DNA of 64,000 nucleotides from Clostridia bacterium (GTDB taxonomy: Bacteria > Bacillota > Clostridia > Christensenellales > UBA1242): assembly GCA_017399265.1 (NCBI GenBank), contig JAFQDL010000009.1:130078-194077 (forward strand), in the 5' to 3' direction. A program made the translations under genes and the position numbers. Below are positions 31,438 to 40,929 of the stretch, piece after piece. Numbering within the stretch: position 1 is the first letter of the stretch; every line of letters starts with the position of its first letter. Below the pieces are notes generated by a model, which ran no database searches, was not told where the DNA came from, and was given only the letters and a program-made list of their open reading frames with translations.

Positions 31438-32148
31438 ATGAAGAATGATTTTATAGTTAAAAATTTCTCAGAGAAAGAGGCTAATAATCTTAAAACGATT
31501 TTAATTGCTGTGCATGGCTTTTCTAGTTCAAGAAATTCATTTGTTTTTGAAAAAATTGCACCAACTTTAAAAGAAAATAACATAGGTATAGTTTGTTTTG
31601 ATTTACCAGGTCACGGACTAAGAAAAAATGAAAAACTAAATGTAAAAGCTTGTCTTGATAGTATTAAGGAAATCGAAGATTGGGTAAAAACGTTTTACTC
31701 AGGAACAATAAGTCTTACTGGAGCAAGCTTTGGTGGATTTTTATTGCTTAGATATTTGGAAAATAACACAAGTCAATATGGTAAAGTTATATTGAGAGCT
31801 CCCGCTTTGGAAGAATATTATATTTGCAAGGAAGATACTCTAGAAAATTGGAAAGAAATGATTGAATGCTTAGACAAAGGTGAAAACTATTTTAGAAATG
31901 GTATGGAAGTTGATGTCTCTATGATTAAAGACTATTTTAAGTTTGATATTTGGGGGGCTTTAGATATAAAAGAAGATGTAAAACTTATTTATGGAAGTAA
32001 AGATATATCGGTAAATAATGAAAATATTTTTAAATTGGCAAAGATGAAAAATTGGGATTTGTATAGATTGGACGGAGCTGACCATTTTTGCAGACGCCCA
32101 CAAGATGTTAAAAGGATAGTAAAGATATTTATTGATATTTTAAATTAA
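31438..32148 (+). CDS. Alpha/beta-fold hydrolase
   Basis: HGFSSS, the nucleophile elbow GASFGG, and a C-terminal DGADH (probable His of the triad). Confidence 0.75.
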   Translation: MKNDFIVKNFSEKEANNLKTILIAVHGFSSSRNSFVFEKIAPTLKENNIGIVCFDLPGHGLRKNEKLNVKACLDSIKEIEDWVKTFYSGTISLTGASFGGFLLLRYLENNTSQYGKVILRAPALEEYYICKEDTLENWKEMIECLDKGENYFRNGMEVDVSMIKDYFKFDIWGALDIKEDVKLIYGSKDISVNNENIFKLAKMKNWDLYRLDGADHFCRRPQDVKRIVKIFIDILN

Positions 32149-32260
32149 AATAGATTAAAAATTATTGACTAACACAAACAAAAAAGATAGATTATCAAAT
32201 TAGAAAATCTATCTTTTTTAACTACTTTCAAAATCATTAGATCTTAAAACTTTTTTTGTT

Positions 32261-32725
32261 TTACACTTCCATTTCGTCAACAAATTTTCTTATGCTTTGT
32301 ACTCTTCTCTCAAAACTCTCGAGTTTGCCTTTTTCTTTTTCAAAGTGCTTTTCTCTGTAATCAAAGCATTTATGCGAGTTGCCGTCATTAAAGTGGGCAA
32401 CCACAGCCACACAATGTCCCTCATCTGATTTTTGATATTCAAACTTTTCAAATGTATTTATATTAAAACATGCATCATTATTTAATAATCCAAAATGAGC
32501 CCTATATGTGTTATCAAAATGTGAATGTAGAAAGCTTAATACTGGCTCAAATGGATAAGATAACATACTTTGTTTTTTGCTAATTTCAATTACTTCTCCA
32601 GTATTTAATCCAGCAATAAGAAATAATTTGTTGTTGTCGTCACGGGCAGATCTAATAAAATTAACATTATTTGGATTTTGTATTTTCTCAACTGCATCAG
32701 CATTTGCCATTATAAACATCTTCAT
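32261..32725 (-). CDS. Hypothetical protein
   Basis: 154-aa ORF with a GGAG SD. I recognise no family. Confidence 0.5.
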   Translation of the reverse strand: MKMFIMANADAVEKIQNPNNVNFIRSARDDNNKLFLIAGLNTGEVIEISKKQSMLSYPFEPVLSFLHSHFDNTYRAHFGLLNNDACFNINTFEKFEYQKSDEGHCVAVVAHFNDGNSHKCFDYREKHFEKEKGKLESFERRVQSIRKFVDEMEV

Positions 32726-32875
32726 ATTTATTTTCTCCTTGAAATTATTTGTAAATTTATTTTAATACAGGATAAGCCAATTGTCAATACCCAAAATTTT
32801 TAAGGAACATGCTTTTTGAGGTGTAAGAAACATGTGTGAAAATTAAAGTAATTTTTACAATATTCTTAAATTCGC

Positions 32876-32902
32876 TTGACATATCATAGGGGGGGGTAAA
32901 CT
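32876..32902 (+). promoter_or_regulatory. Putative promoter with a G8 homopolymer in the spacer
   Basis: TTGACA (32876..32881), then tatcata plus G8 (32889..32896) giving a 15-nt spacer, then TAAACT. The tRNA promoter at 40544 uses the same two hexamers with a 17-nt spacer. Confidence 0.45.
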
Positions 32903-32927
32903 AGTTGTGAGTATAATAAGGAGTATT

Positions 32928-33650
32928 ATGGCAATGACAAAAAAATATAAGATAATTACAGCATCTGTTGCCAGTGTGCTAGTGTTAATAATTGCCGGTC
33001 TTGCAATCGGATTAGTATTAGTTGCTCAACAAGTGCAGATGACAAACTCTGTGTCGGTTACGTATACAGCCAATAATGTAGAATGTGAGATAACAATATA
33101 TGCTATTCATTTCTTAGATGGGCGACATAACGATCTTGAAGCTGCGACTTATACAGAGGAATTACTTGAAAATAGGAAGCTTGTAGCAATACAAGAAAGG
33201 GATGAAGAAGGTGCTATTATTAGTGATGTTTATTCAGTTACAGATTATATAAAAGCTTATGAAAATGAAGGGAGTGTAGGTGCTACAAGTTTTACTAGAA
33301 GATCTCATACATTTGATGTTGTAGACCTTCAAGTGATTGAAGATCCTTATAATGAAGGCATAACCATTTCTTCATCTGTTGGTTATTTCTTTGTGGTGAA
33401 AAACACTTCTTCATTTGGTATTGTTGCTTCTATAGATAGAGAAATATATGCAAAAACAGCAGATCAAAGAAATAATATGGAAATAGCAGGTGGTGTATAT
33501 TATGAAGATGGGCTCGATACTACCACACATGAATCATATATTGCTCCTAACGAGGAGTCGTTGATACTTGGATATATAGTAATGGTAGGAGATATTAATG
33601 AGGATGCTTCTTTAAATGTAGATCTTCCTTTATTAGTTGAAAAAGCTTAA
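32928..33650 (+). CDS. Membrane-anchored (signal-anchor) protein, paralog A
   Basis: Start at the ATG after AAGGAG. A TM anchor is followed by QQVQMTNSVSVTYTANNVEC. 42 of 51 N-terminal residues are identical to the protein at 37855..38652. Confidence 0.7.
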   Translation: MAMTKKYKIITASVASVLVLIIAGLAIGLVLVAQQVQMTNSVSVTYTANNVECEITIYAIHFLDGRHNDLEAATYTEELLENRKLVAIQERDEEGAIISDVYSVTDYIKAYENEGSVGATSFTRRSHTFDVVDLQVIEDPYNEGITISSSVGYFFVVKNTSSFGIVASIDREIYAKTADQRNNMEIAGGVYYEDGLDTTTHESYIAPNEESLILGYIVMVGDINEDASLNVDLPLLVEKA

Positions 33651-33700
33651 ATATCAATAAATAACAGCAAAAAGTGATAGTGAAAAACACTATCACTTTT

Positions 33701-34231
33701 TTATTTTTCAAATTTTTCTTCAAATCTTTTTGTTGCGTCGATTATTGTTTTAATAGCAACTTTACGATCGCCAATTTCTTGAACTATTACTTTCTTATAT
33801 TCTAGTTGTTTGTAGACTTCTAAGAAGTGTTTTAGTTCATTCATGATGTGATGAGGAAGTTCTGATAAATCTTGAACTTCGTTCCATTGCGGATCACCAT
33901 AAGGGATAGCAATTATTTTCTCATCTTGTTCATCTCTGTCTTTCATTATAACTACACCTATAGGATAGCATCTAACTAAGCAATTTTGATGAATGGGTTG
34001 ACTGCATAAGACAAATACGTCTAGCGGGTCATTATCCTCACTATATGTTCTAGGGATAAATCCATAGTTCATAGGGTAGTGAGTAGATGTGTATAGTACT
34101 CTATCTAGTATAATTAATCCTGTTTCTTTATCTAGTTCATATTTGTTTTTGCTGCCTTGTTCAATTTCAATACACGCAACAAAGTCTTCTGGTTTAATTC
34201 TGTCTTTTGATATTTCTTTCCAAATGTTCAT
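33701..34231 (-). CDS. ppa: Inorganic pyrophosphatase, family I
   Basis: 176 aa with KYELDKETG, YPMNYGFIP and DPLDVFVL motifs. Confidence 0.9.
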   Translation of the reverse strand: MNIWKEISKDRIKPEDFVACIEIEQGSKNKYELDKETGLIILDRVLYTSTHYPMNYGFIPRTYSEDNDPLDVFVLCSQPIHQNCLVRCYPIGVVIMKDRDEQDEKIIAIPYGDPQWNEVQDLSELPHHIMNELKHFLEVYKQLEYKKVIVQEIGDRKVAIKTIIDATKRFEEKFEK

Positions 34232-34290
34232 ATTAGTTTTCTCCTTATTTTTAACAAAATGAGGGGATTAATAAATCCCCTACAAAATAT

Positions 34291-35565
34291 TTATCTAATT
34301 ACCTCTAATCCGCCCATGTATTTTCTAAGTACTTCTGGGATAGTTACAGAGCCATCTTCATTTTGGTATTGTTCAAGTAGGGCAGGGAACAATCTAGAAG
34401 TAGCAAGTCCACTAGCATTAAGAGTGTGAACATATTCAAGTTTCTTAGTTTCTTCATTTCTATACCTAGTATTGTTTCTTCTTGCTTGATAATCTCTTGC
34501 ATTACTTGCACTACTTACTTCTTTGTATATACCCATGCTAGGGATCCAAATCTCAATATCATAAGTTCTGCACATACTAGCACTGCAATCACCAGCTGCT
34601 AATTTGCTTAATTGATAATGAAGGCCTAGTTTTTGCACAATTCTTTCTGCTTTGCCTACCAACTCTTCGAATGCTTTGTCGCTGTCTTTTGGAGTTGTGT
34701 ATTGTACCATCTCAACCTTATTGAATTGGTGACCTCTGATCATGCCTCTTTCTTCTGATCTATAGCTTCCTGCTTCTCTACGATAGCATGGAGTATATCC
34801 TGCGAATTTCTTAGGAAGATCGCTTTCTTTCAATACTTCGTTTCTATAAATATTAACTAATGCAGTTTCTGCTGTTGGAAGTAAGAATTTGCTATTTTCA
34901 GATTTGTTATCAATCCAATACACATCATCTGCAAATTTTGGGAATTGTCCAGCACCAAGTCCACATTCATAGTTAAGCATATGTGGAAGAAGAAGGAATT
35001 CATATCCATCAGCTAAGTGTTCATCAATGAAGAAATTGATAAGAGCCCATTCTAGTCTTGCACCAAGACCTCTATATATCCAGCTGCCATTTCCTGCAAG
35101 TTTAGCGCCTCTTTCGTAATCAACAAGGCCTAAATCTTCGCAAATTTCGATATGAGATTTTGCCTTGAATGAGAAGTTAGGCTTTTCTCCCCATACTTTA
35201 ATAACCTTATTGTTCTCTTTTTCTCCTGCAAGCAAATCTTCATCTGGCATGTTAGGAAGGCTAAGTAAGAAATTTGTAATTTCTTTATCTAGAGTTGCAA
35301 TCTTTTCGTCCAAAACAGAAATCTCTTCACCGATTTTTTTGGTGCTTGCAATTATTTCTGATACATCTTTACCTTCTTTTTTGTACTTAGGTACTAAAGC
35401 ACTATTGGCATTTCTTTGTGCTTTTAGTTTTTCCACCTCAGCGATTAATTCTCTTTTTTCTCCATCTTGCTTTAAGAAAACAGTAAAATCTGCTTCGTAT
35501 CCTTTTTTAGCAAGGCTATTTTTTACATAGTCAGGATTTTGTCTAATTAAATTAATGTCTAACAT
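34291..35565 (-). CDS. serS: Serine--tRNA ligase
   Basis: 424 aa. MLDINLIRQNP coiled-coil N-terminus, then class II motifs (FRREAGS-like YRREAGSY, GLATSR). Confidence 0.95.
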   Translation of the reverse strand: MLDINLIRQNPDYVKNSLAKKGYEADFTVFLKQDGEKRELIAEVEKLKAQRNANSALVPKYKKEGKDVSEIIASTKKIGEEISVLDEKIATLDKEITNFLLSLPNMPDEDLLAGEKENNKVIKVWGEKPNFSFKAKSHIEICEDLGLVDYERGAKLAGNGSWIYRGLGARLEWALINFFIDEHLADGYEFLLLPHMLNYECGLGAGQFPKFADDVYWIDNKSENSKFLLPTAETALVNIYRNEVLKESDLPKKFAGYTPCYRREAGSYRSEERGMIRGHQFNKVEMVQYTTPKDSDKAFEELVGKAERIVQKLGLHYQLSKLAAGDCSASMCRTYDIEIWIPSMGIYKEVSSASNARDYQARRNNTRYRNEETKKLEYVHTLNASGLATSRLFPALLEQYQNEDGSVTIPEVLRKYMGGLEVIR

Positions 35566-35674
35566 TTTCTTCCCCCAAATTAATAATTATGTATTTATTT
35601 TAATCCTTTTTCTAAATAATTACAAATCATTTGATAAGATAAATATTTAAAAATTAAATATTATTGTAAAGTTA

Positions 35675-35699
35675 TCCACAATTGACTTTGAATTGTGGA
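35675..35699. repeat. Perfect 9-bp-arm palindrome tccacaatt-N7-aattgtgga in the serS/GT4 divergent intergenic region
   Basis: Arms are identical to the hairpin at 7285..7309. The left arm is part of TTATCCACA (35672..35680). There is no T-run in terminator position on either strand. Confidence 0.8.
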
Positions 35700-35789
35700 A
35701 AAAATAGTTTAAAATAATTCTAAACAGAAATAGTATACAATGCAATGATTGTCGTTGTCAATAGTTAAAAATTTAAGCAAGAGGGGAAA

Positions 35790-36929
35790 ATGGATAAAAA
35801 ATTAAGAATATTACAAGCAATAGATGAATTTTTACCCAATATTAATACGTCTATTAGAGCAATAGACAATTACACAAAGAATTTAAATGATAAAGCTGAG
35901 GTAATAGTTGCTGCATTATCTGATAAAGAAGACGTGTTTCAGTATTTGCCATATAACGTTGTATATTCCAAATCCAAAAGCCAGTTGACAAATAAATTAC
36001 TAGCTTTGGATTTTGATATATTACACGTACACTCAATTGGTATAATGTCAGACATTGTTTTAAAATTGAAGAAACAAAAACGAATTCCTGCAGTCATATC
36101 TGTGCATAAGAATTATATAGATATCATCAACAATAACAACTCAAGTTTGAGTGCGAAAATAAAGATAAAGAAACTAATAAAAAAATTAAATGCTTTTGAT
36201 GAGGTTTTTGTGCCGTCGCCATATGTTGCACAAGATTTGAGAAAATATGGATTAACTAGTATGGTGTCGTATATGCCACTGGCTAGTGATTTAAATGTAA
36301 ACAAAGATTTGACACAATTGAAACGACAGGCGAATAAGGAATATGATTTAACCCAACAGGATTTAGTGCTTGTATCTGTCTGTAATTTAAATAAATTCAA
36401 AAGATTGGATTTTGCACTAGAAGCTTTGAGTTTGGTGAAAAAACAAGGGGTTGATTTCAAATATTTTATTATAGGCAAAGGTTCAGAGTTTGACAATCTT
36501 AAACAATTGACTAAAGACTTGCATTTAACTAATAATGTTAGATTCACAGGCTATATGGAAGATGAAGATATGGCAAAATTAGTTGCTAGAGCCAATCTTA
36601 TGCTATTCCCGACTACGTCAGATATATTTGGACTTTGCAAGGTTGAGAGTGCAGGGTTGGATACTGCAGGAGTATTTATTAAAAACTCATACGTTGCCCA
36701 TGATATCTTTGACGGGATCAATGGCTTTACATCTCACAACACTTCACAAGATTTCGCAAACAAAATCGTAGAGGCATTAAAAGATAAAAATAGGTTGTTT
36801 GAAATAGGGCAGAATGCAAATAAAGAACTATATGTTGACTGGGATACATGCACTAAAATATTGTTCGAAAGAATGCAAGGTATATTAAGTGAAAATAAAG
36901 CAGTTGATAAGATAAAAAATAAAAATTGA
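35790..36929 (+). CDS. Glycosyltransferase, GT4 (GT-B) family
   Basis: 379 aa. The C-terminal half has the GT1/GT4 pattern (FIIGKGSE..., FPTTSDIFGLCKVESAGLD). Confidence 0.8.
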   Translation: MDKKLRILQAIDEFLPNINTSIRAIDNYTKNLNDKAEVIVAALSDKEDVFQYLPYNVVYSKSKSQLTNKLLALDFDILHVHSIGIMSDIVLKLKKQKRIPAVISVHKNYIDIINNNNSSLSAKIKIKKLIKKLNAFDEVFVPSPYVAQDLRKYGLTSMVSYMPLASDLNVNKDLTQLKRQANKEYDLTQQDLVLVSVCNLNKFKRLDFALEALSLVKKQGVDFKYFIIGKGSEFDNLKQLTKDLHLTNNVRFTGYMEDEDMAKLVARANLMLFPTTSDIFGLCKVESAGLDTAGVFIKNSYVAHDIFDGINGFTSHNTSQDFANKIVEALKDKNRLFEIGQNANKELYVDWDTCTKILFERMQGILSENKAVDKIKNKN

Positions 36930-36954
36930 GAGTGGTTGTTACTCTCAATTTTTT
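36925..36954. terminator. Bidirectional terminator between GT4 and deoD
   Basis: attgagagt / actctcaat stem plus T6. The stop codon lies in the stem. Confidence 0.75.
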
Positions 36955-37674
36955 CTAATTTAATTCAACTGCCATATTTAAAGCGATTTCAATCATATTA
37001 AAAAAGGTATTTTGCCTGTCTTCGCTGTTCAATGCTTCTCCTGTGACTATATTATCTGATACAGTGCAAAGAGTGATTGCTTGTTTGTTAAATTTGTCAG
37101 CATTGATATATAACGCAGCACTTTCCATTTCTACTCCTAGCAAATCATGTTCTTTTGCAAGAGCAACAGAGTCTCTATCAGTGTAGAATGTGTCTGAGCA
37201 CATGATAGTTCCTGCATAAGTATTGATTTTTTTCTTTTTTGCAATCTTTTTAGCAAGAGTGGCTAATTTTTTAGAGCCGTCTACAAATGTCTCTCCATGC
37301 TTCATGTAGAAATCATCATAATTGGTGTTAGTAAAACTCTTTTCACCTATGATAACAGACTGTAGTTTGATTTCTTCTCTAAGGGCGCCTATTGAGCCAA
37401 TTCGTATAATATTTTCGACATTGTAGAATGCAAATAGTTCGTAAGTATATATTCCAACGCTGGCAGGGCCCATGCCATGTGCCATTACTGTAACAGGTAC
37501 TCCTTTGTATGTACCAGTATATCCCTGAACTCCTCTCACGTTGTTTACCAATTTCGCGTTTTCAAGGTATTTTTCTGCTATCATTTTGCTTCTAAGAGGA
37601 TCTCCTGGCATTAGTACAGTTTTTGCTATTTCTCCTAACTTTGCACTATTATGTGGTGTCGGTGTTTTGTTCAT
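36955..37674 (-). CDS. deoD: Purine-nucleoside phosphorylase, DeoD type
   Basis: 239 aa with TPHN...VLMPGDPLR, NNVRG..GYTGTYKG and HGMG motifs. Confidence 0.9.
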   Translation of the reverse strand: MNKTPTPHNSAKLGEIAKTVLMPGDPLRSKMIAEKYLENAKLVNNVRGVQGYTGTYKGVPVTVMAHGMGPASVGIYTYELFAFYNVENIIRIGSIGALREEIKLQSVIIGEKSFTNTNYDDFYMKHGETFVDGSKKLATLAKKIAKKKKINTYAGTIMCSDTFYTDRDSVALAKEHDLLGVEMESAALYINADKFNKQAITLCTVSDNIVTGEALNSEDRQNTFFNMIEIALNMAVELN

Positions 37675-37854
37675 AATACGTCGTTCCTTTTTGATTTATT
37701 ATTATGACTATATTACCATAAATCTTATCTTAATTTAAGCAAATAAGTCCAACTTTTTATTTTACAATATATTTTTATCAAACCTGGTTATTTTATTTGT
37801 AAAATTGCAGATATATAAGATATAATGTTTATAACAATTGTTAGGAGAAAAATT

Positions 37855-38652
37855 ATGACAAAAAAATATAAAATAATAGTGTCTGTTGTCGCTGCCTTGT
37901 TGGTGTTAATAATTGCAGGCTTAGCCGTTGGTTTGGTATTAGTTGCACAACAGGTGCAAATGACAAATGCTGTGTCTGTAACTTACAGCGCAAATAATGT
38001 AGATTGTTCTATTATAGCAGAGGGGGCATTAATATCTGGTGAAAGCTTTGAATTGGTACAAGACTCAATACATCAAAATATAGGTGCTTATGATTTAGTT
38101 ACTGGTTTTGGCTCAATAATTCCTATAATAGTAGATGGTGAAGAGCAGGAATCTGCTATTGATGTAATTAAACCACATGACACCAATACAAATGGATTGG
38201 ATTATTTACATTTAGAGAAAGAATTTAAAGACGTGGCGTTGAACCCAGTGCCAGTAAGAGAGAATAATGAATATGGTGGCAAGATTATTGGGTCTACTTC
38301 GTCTTTCGCAATATATGTATTTAGAATTCAAAATAACAGCACAAGGGACATAAATGTAGATATTTCTTATGATGCAACTGTAAATACAAACATTTCCGTA
38401 AAAATGTTTGTAAATGAAACAAATCTGTATTACGATGAGGAATATCTTGGTGTATTGGCTGAAGATACGAATTGGTATGAATATGGTGTTCAAAATGGTA
38501 AAAATGAGTGTGTAATTAAGGGGAATGATGAGAATTGTGGGGAAAATTCTGCTATATGTTATTTTGTACTTAGGGCTGAAGACATTTCTCAAGGTGCAGA
38601 ATTTATAGGCAATTTGCAAATAAAACTAGATAATGTAACGCCTGCTGTATAG
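37855..38652 (+). CDS. Membrane-anchored (signal-anchor) protein, paralog B
   Basis: Start at ATG 37855 after AGGAG. The N-terminal 51 aa are near-identical to 32928..33650. The C-terminal domain has diverged. Confidence 0.7.
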   Translation: MTKKYKIIVSVVAALLVLIIAGLAVGLVLVAQQVQMTNAVSVTYSANNVDCSIIAEGALISGESFELVQDSIHQNIGAYDLVTGFGSIIPIIVDGEEQESAIDVIKPHDTNTNGLDYLHLEKEFKDVALNPVPVRENNEYGGKIIGSTSSFAIYVFRIQNNSTRDINVDISYDATVNTNISVKMFVNETNLYYDEEYLGVLAEDTNWYEYGVQNGKNECVIKGNDENCGENSAICYFVLRAEDISQGAEFIGNLQIKLDNVTPAV

Positions 38653-38672
38653 GTATCATATTAAAAACAAAA

Positions 38673-38701
38673 AAGAAAGCATCAACTGATGCTTTCTTTT
38701 T
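38673..38701. terminator. Bidirectional terminator
   Basis: aagaaagcatc / gatgctttctt 11-bp stem, flanked by A- and T-runs. Confidence 0.8.
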
Positions 38702-40448
38702 ATGCACTCTGGTTGGAGTTGTTATATAATTCTCTATAATAATCATTTTTATCCATTAATTCGTCGTGGCTGCCATTTGCAACTATTTTGCCATTTTTTA
38801 AGATATATATTTTGTCGGCATAAGTTATTGTTGATAATCTATGAGCAATAAGTATAACAGTGACCTTGTTTTTAAGTTTTTCTATAACTTTCATTATCTC
38901 TCTTTGGTTTGCATTATCAAGTGCACTAGTTGCTTCGTCAAAGATTAATATTTTAACGTTTCTTGCCAAGGCTCTTGCTATACATAGCTTTTGCTTTTGC
39001 CCTCCGGATAATTGACAAGCATTTTCTCCTATTATACTATCAAGTCCTAAAGGTAGGTTTTTTACTACATTATATATATTTGTTTGTTTACATAGTTTGT
39101 ATATTTCTTCGTCGGTTATTTCCGGTTTGATTATTTTAAAATTTTCTCTAATTGACATATTAAAGATATATGGGAACTGATTAACTACTGCAATATTGTT
39201 TTTGATAAATTCTCTGCTAAGATTTTCAATCTTTGTGTTATCATATAGTATATCTCCAGAAGTTTTGTAATACAAGTGTGCTATAAGGTTAATTATTGTA
39301 GATTTTCCCGATCCGCTTTCGCCTACAAATGCCACAGTTTGTTTTGGGAGTATTTCAAAACTAGCATTTTTCAGAACCTTAGTACCATTATCATATTCGA
39401 AATTTACATTCTTAAATGTTATTTTTCCTGTATAGTGCTTTAGTCTAGTCTCGCCATATTTATCCATATGATAAATACTTTTATCTGTTAGCATAAATAT
39501 TCTATTGGCATATACGATAGCGCTTCCGATGTTTAATTTTAAATTTTCTAGAATGTTTGCAAAATCTAATATATTACCTCTGTACAAATAGCAAGTGTAG
39601 AATACAAGAGGTGTGATGCTTTCCATTCTTAAGAAATATACGCAAAGGACAATGAATAAAAAGTTGCAAATATTTCTAGTGATTATTGTTAAATTACTAA
39701 GTCCTGAGCCATAATACCATTCAATATTATCTCTGTTACAATATTCTATTTGGTCTTTTCTTAGAGATTCTAATGTTGCGTCAGCACAGTTTAGCGTTTT
39801 TACGTCTTTTACGCCTCTAACAACTTCTATAATTCTAGAATTGACGACCTCTGCTTGTGCTCTAACAGCAGGTTTTAATTTTTGGAAATAATGTATTCTA
39901 AGTTTACTCATTAATATGGTGATAATGATTGTAGCGACTAAGAACAATCCAAGCCATGTGTTTAAATAGAATATATATACAACGTATGCAGCTTTTTTAA
40001 GGAGTTCTACAATCCATGTGGTTACAGCTTTGAATTCAGTTGATAATGCATCTATATCCGCAGTTAGTCTAGTGACAATTATTCCGCTTCCCATTTTATC
40101 GTAGTCTTTCATTTCAATGTCAAGTGAATTTTTTAAAATCATTTGCTGAATATCCACTTTTGTTCTGTTTTCAAGCTGTTTGTAGAAGAATGTGTTAATA
40201 AAGTTCAATAGCCCATTAGTTGTCGTGATTATTAGTGCATATAGTGCATATCTAATAGCCAGTTTGTATTCTGCACCTTCCATGATAGCAGAAATCATTT
40301 TTGCAACAAACATAGCTTCAACAAAGTTTAAAGTCGCCTTAATACAAAGTATTACAATATATCCTATAAAAAATCCAATATGTTTTTTGTAATATCCAAA
40401 TAGTGCTCTAAATCCATAAGTATTAGTTTTATTTTTCTTCTTACTCAT
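38700..40448 (-). CDS. ABC exporter, fused permease/ATPase (homodimeric type)
   Basis: 582 aa. TM N-terminus, GESGSGKST, LSGGQKQKLCIARAL, LIFDEATSALD. Confidence 0.9.
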   Translation of the reverse strand: MSKKKNKTNTYGFRALFGYYKKHIGFFIGYIVILCIKATLNFVEAMFVAKMISAIMEGAEYKLAIRYALYALIITTTNGLLNFINTFFYKQLENRTKVDIQQMILKNSLDIEMKDYDKMGSGIIVTRLTADIDALSTEFKAVTTWIVELLKKAAYVVYIFYLNTWLGLFLVATIIITILMSKLRIHYFQKLKPAVRAQAEVVNSRIIEVVRGVKDVKTLNCADATLESLRKDQIEYCNRDNIEWYYGSGLSNLTIITRNICNFLFIVLCVYFLRMESITPLVFYTCYLYRGNILDFANILENLKLNIGSAIVYANRIFMLTDKSIYHMDKYGETRLKHYTGKITFKNVNFEYDNGTKVLKNASFEILPKQTVAFVGESGSGKSTIINLIAHLYYKTSGDILYDNTKIENLSREFIKNNIAVVNQFPYIFNMSIRENFKIIKPEITDEEIYKLCKQTNIYNVVKNLPLGLDSIIGENACQLSGGQKQKLCIARALARNVKILIFDEATSALDNANQREIMKVIEKLKNKVTVILIAHRLSTITYADKIYILKNGKIVANGSHDELMDKNDYYRELYNNSNQSA

Positions 40449-40543
40449 CTCAAAAGACCTCTAAAATTTATCCTCGTTTAGTCATTATACACCACTTTCG
40501 TAATATTTATCAATATATTTTTATAAAAAAATACAAAAAACTA

Positions 40544-40572
40544 TTGACAATTGATTTCGTTTATAGTAAACT
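40544..40572 (+). promoter_or_regulatory. Putative promoter of the tRNA pair
   Basis: TTGACA, 17 nt, TAAACT, about 20 nt upstream of the first tRNA. Confidence 0.5.
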
Positions 40573-40591
40573 TAACTCGTCTAAAATATGT

Positions 40592-40668
40592 GGCGGCGTA
40601 GCTTAGTTGGTTATAGCGTTCGGTTCATACCCGAAAGGTCGTAGGTTCGAATCCCACCGCCGCTACCA
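40592..40668 (+). tRNA. tRNA with CAU anticodon (elongator Met or lysidine-dependent Ile2, not initiator)
   Basis: The cloverleaf folds by hand: acceptor GGCGGCG/CGCCGCT, anticodon arm TTCGG-TTCATAC-CCGAA, T-loop TTCGAAT, encoded CCA. It lacks the three G-C pairs of an initiator anticodon stem. One A-C mismatch in the T-stem. Confidence 0.8.
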
Positions 40669-40682
40669 AATATAGAATATAT

Positions 40683-40757
40683 GGTCCCATGGTCAAGTGG
40701 TTAAGACACTACCCTTTCACGGTGGCGACAGGGGTTCGAATCCCCTTGGGACTACCA
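40683..40757 (+). tRNA. tRNA-Glu (UUC)
   Basis: Acceptor GGTCCCA/TGGGACT, anticodon arm CTACC-CTTTCAC-GGTGG, T-arm AGGGG-TTCGAAT-CCCCT, encoded CCA. Confidence 0.85.
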
Positions 40758-40758
40758 C
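40737..40758. repeat. 22-nt direct repeat, copy 1 (3' end of tRNA-Glu)
   Basis: cgaatccccttgggactaccac recurs exactly at 40930..40951. Confidence 0.9.
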
Positions 40759-40766
40759 AAATTGTT

Positions 40767-40792
40767 ACCTTGCTTTTAAGCAAGGTTTTTTT
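40767..40792 (+). terminator. Intrinsic terminator after tRNA-Glu
   Basis: accttgc / gcaaggt stem plus T6. Confidence 0.75.
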
Positions 40793-40929
40793 ATTACACG
40801 TTGTCCCTTTTGGGATTTGGCAAGTCTAGCAACTTGCCTTAACAACATGAGTTGTTAACGAACCCCTGGGTATTCGGGACCCCGTCAGCTTTGCTGCCAC
40901 CCGAAGTGTACGACTAATAGTCGCATAGA

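Noticed and set aside
35672-35680. Perfect DnaA boxes (TTATCCACA at 35672 and on minus at 7304..7312) as a sign of oriC.
   Set aside because: There are only isolated boxes forming hairpin arms. No box cluster, AT-rich unwinding element, dnaA/dnaN neighbourhood or gene-orientation switch is present.
35566-35789. T-box leader upstream of serS, and likewise upstream of aspS at 29509..29588.
   Set aside because: No T-box core (AAnnnGGGTGGnACCGCG, or its complement on plus) and no specifier-loop architecture. The aspS leader is too short, about 80 nt.
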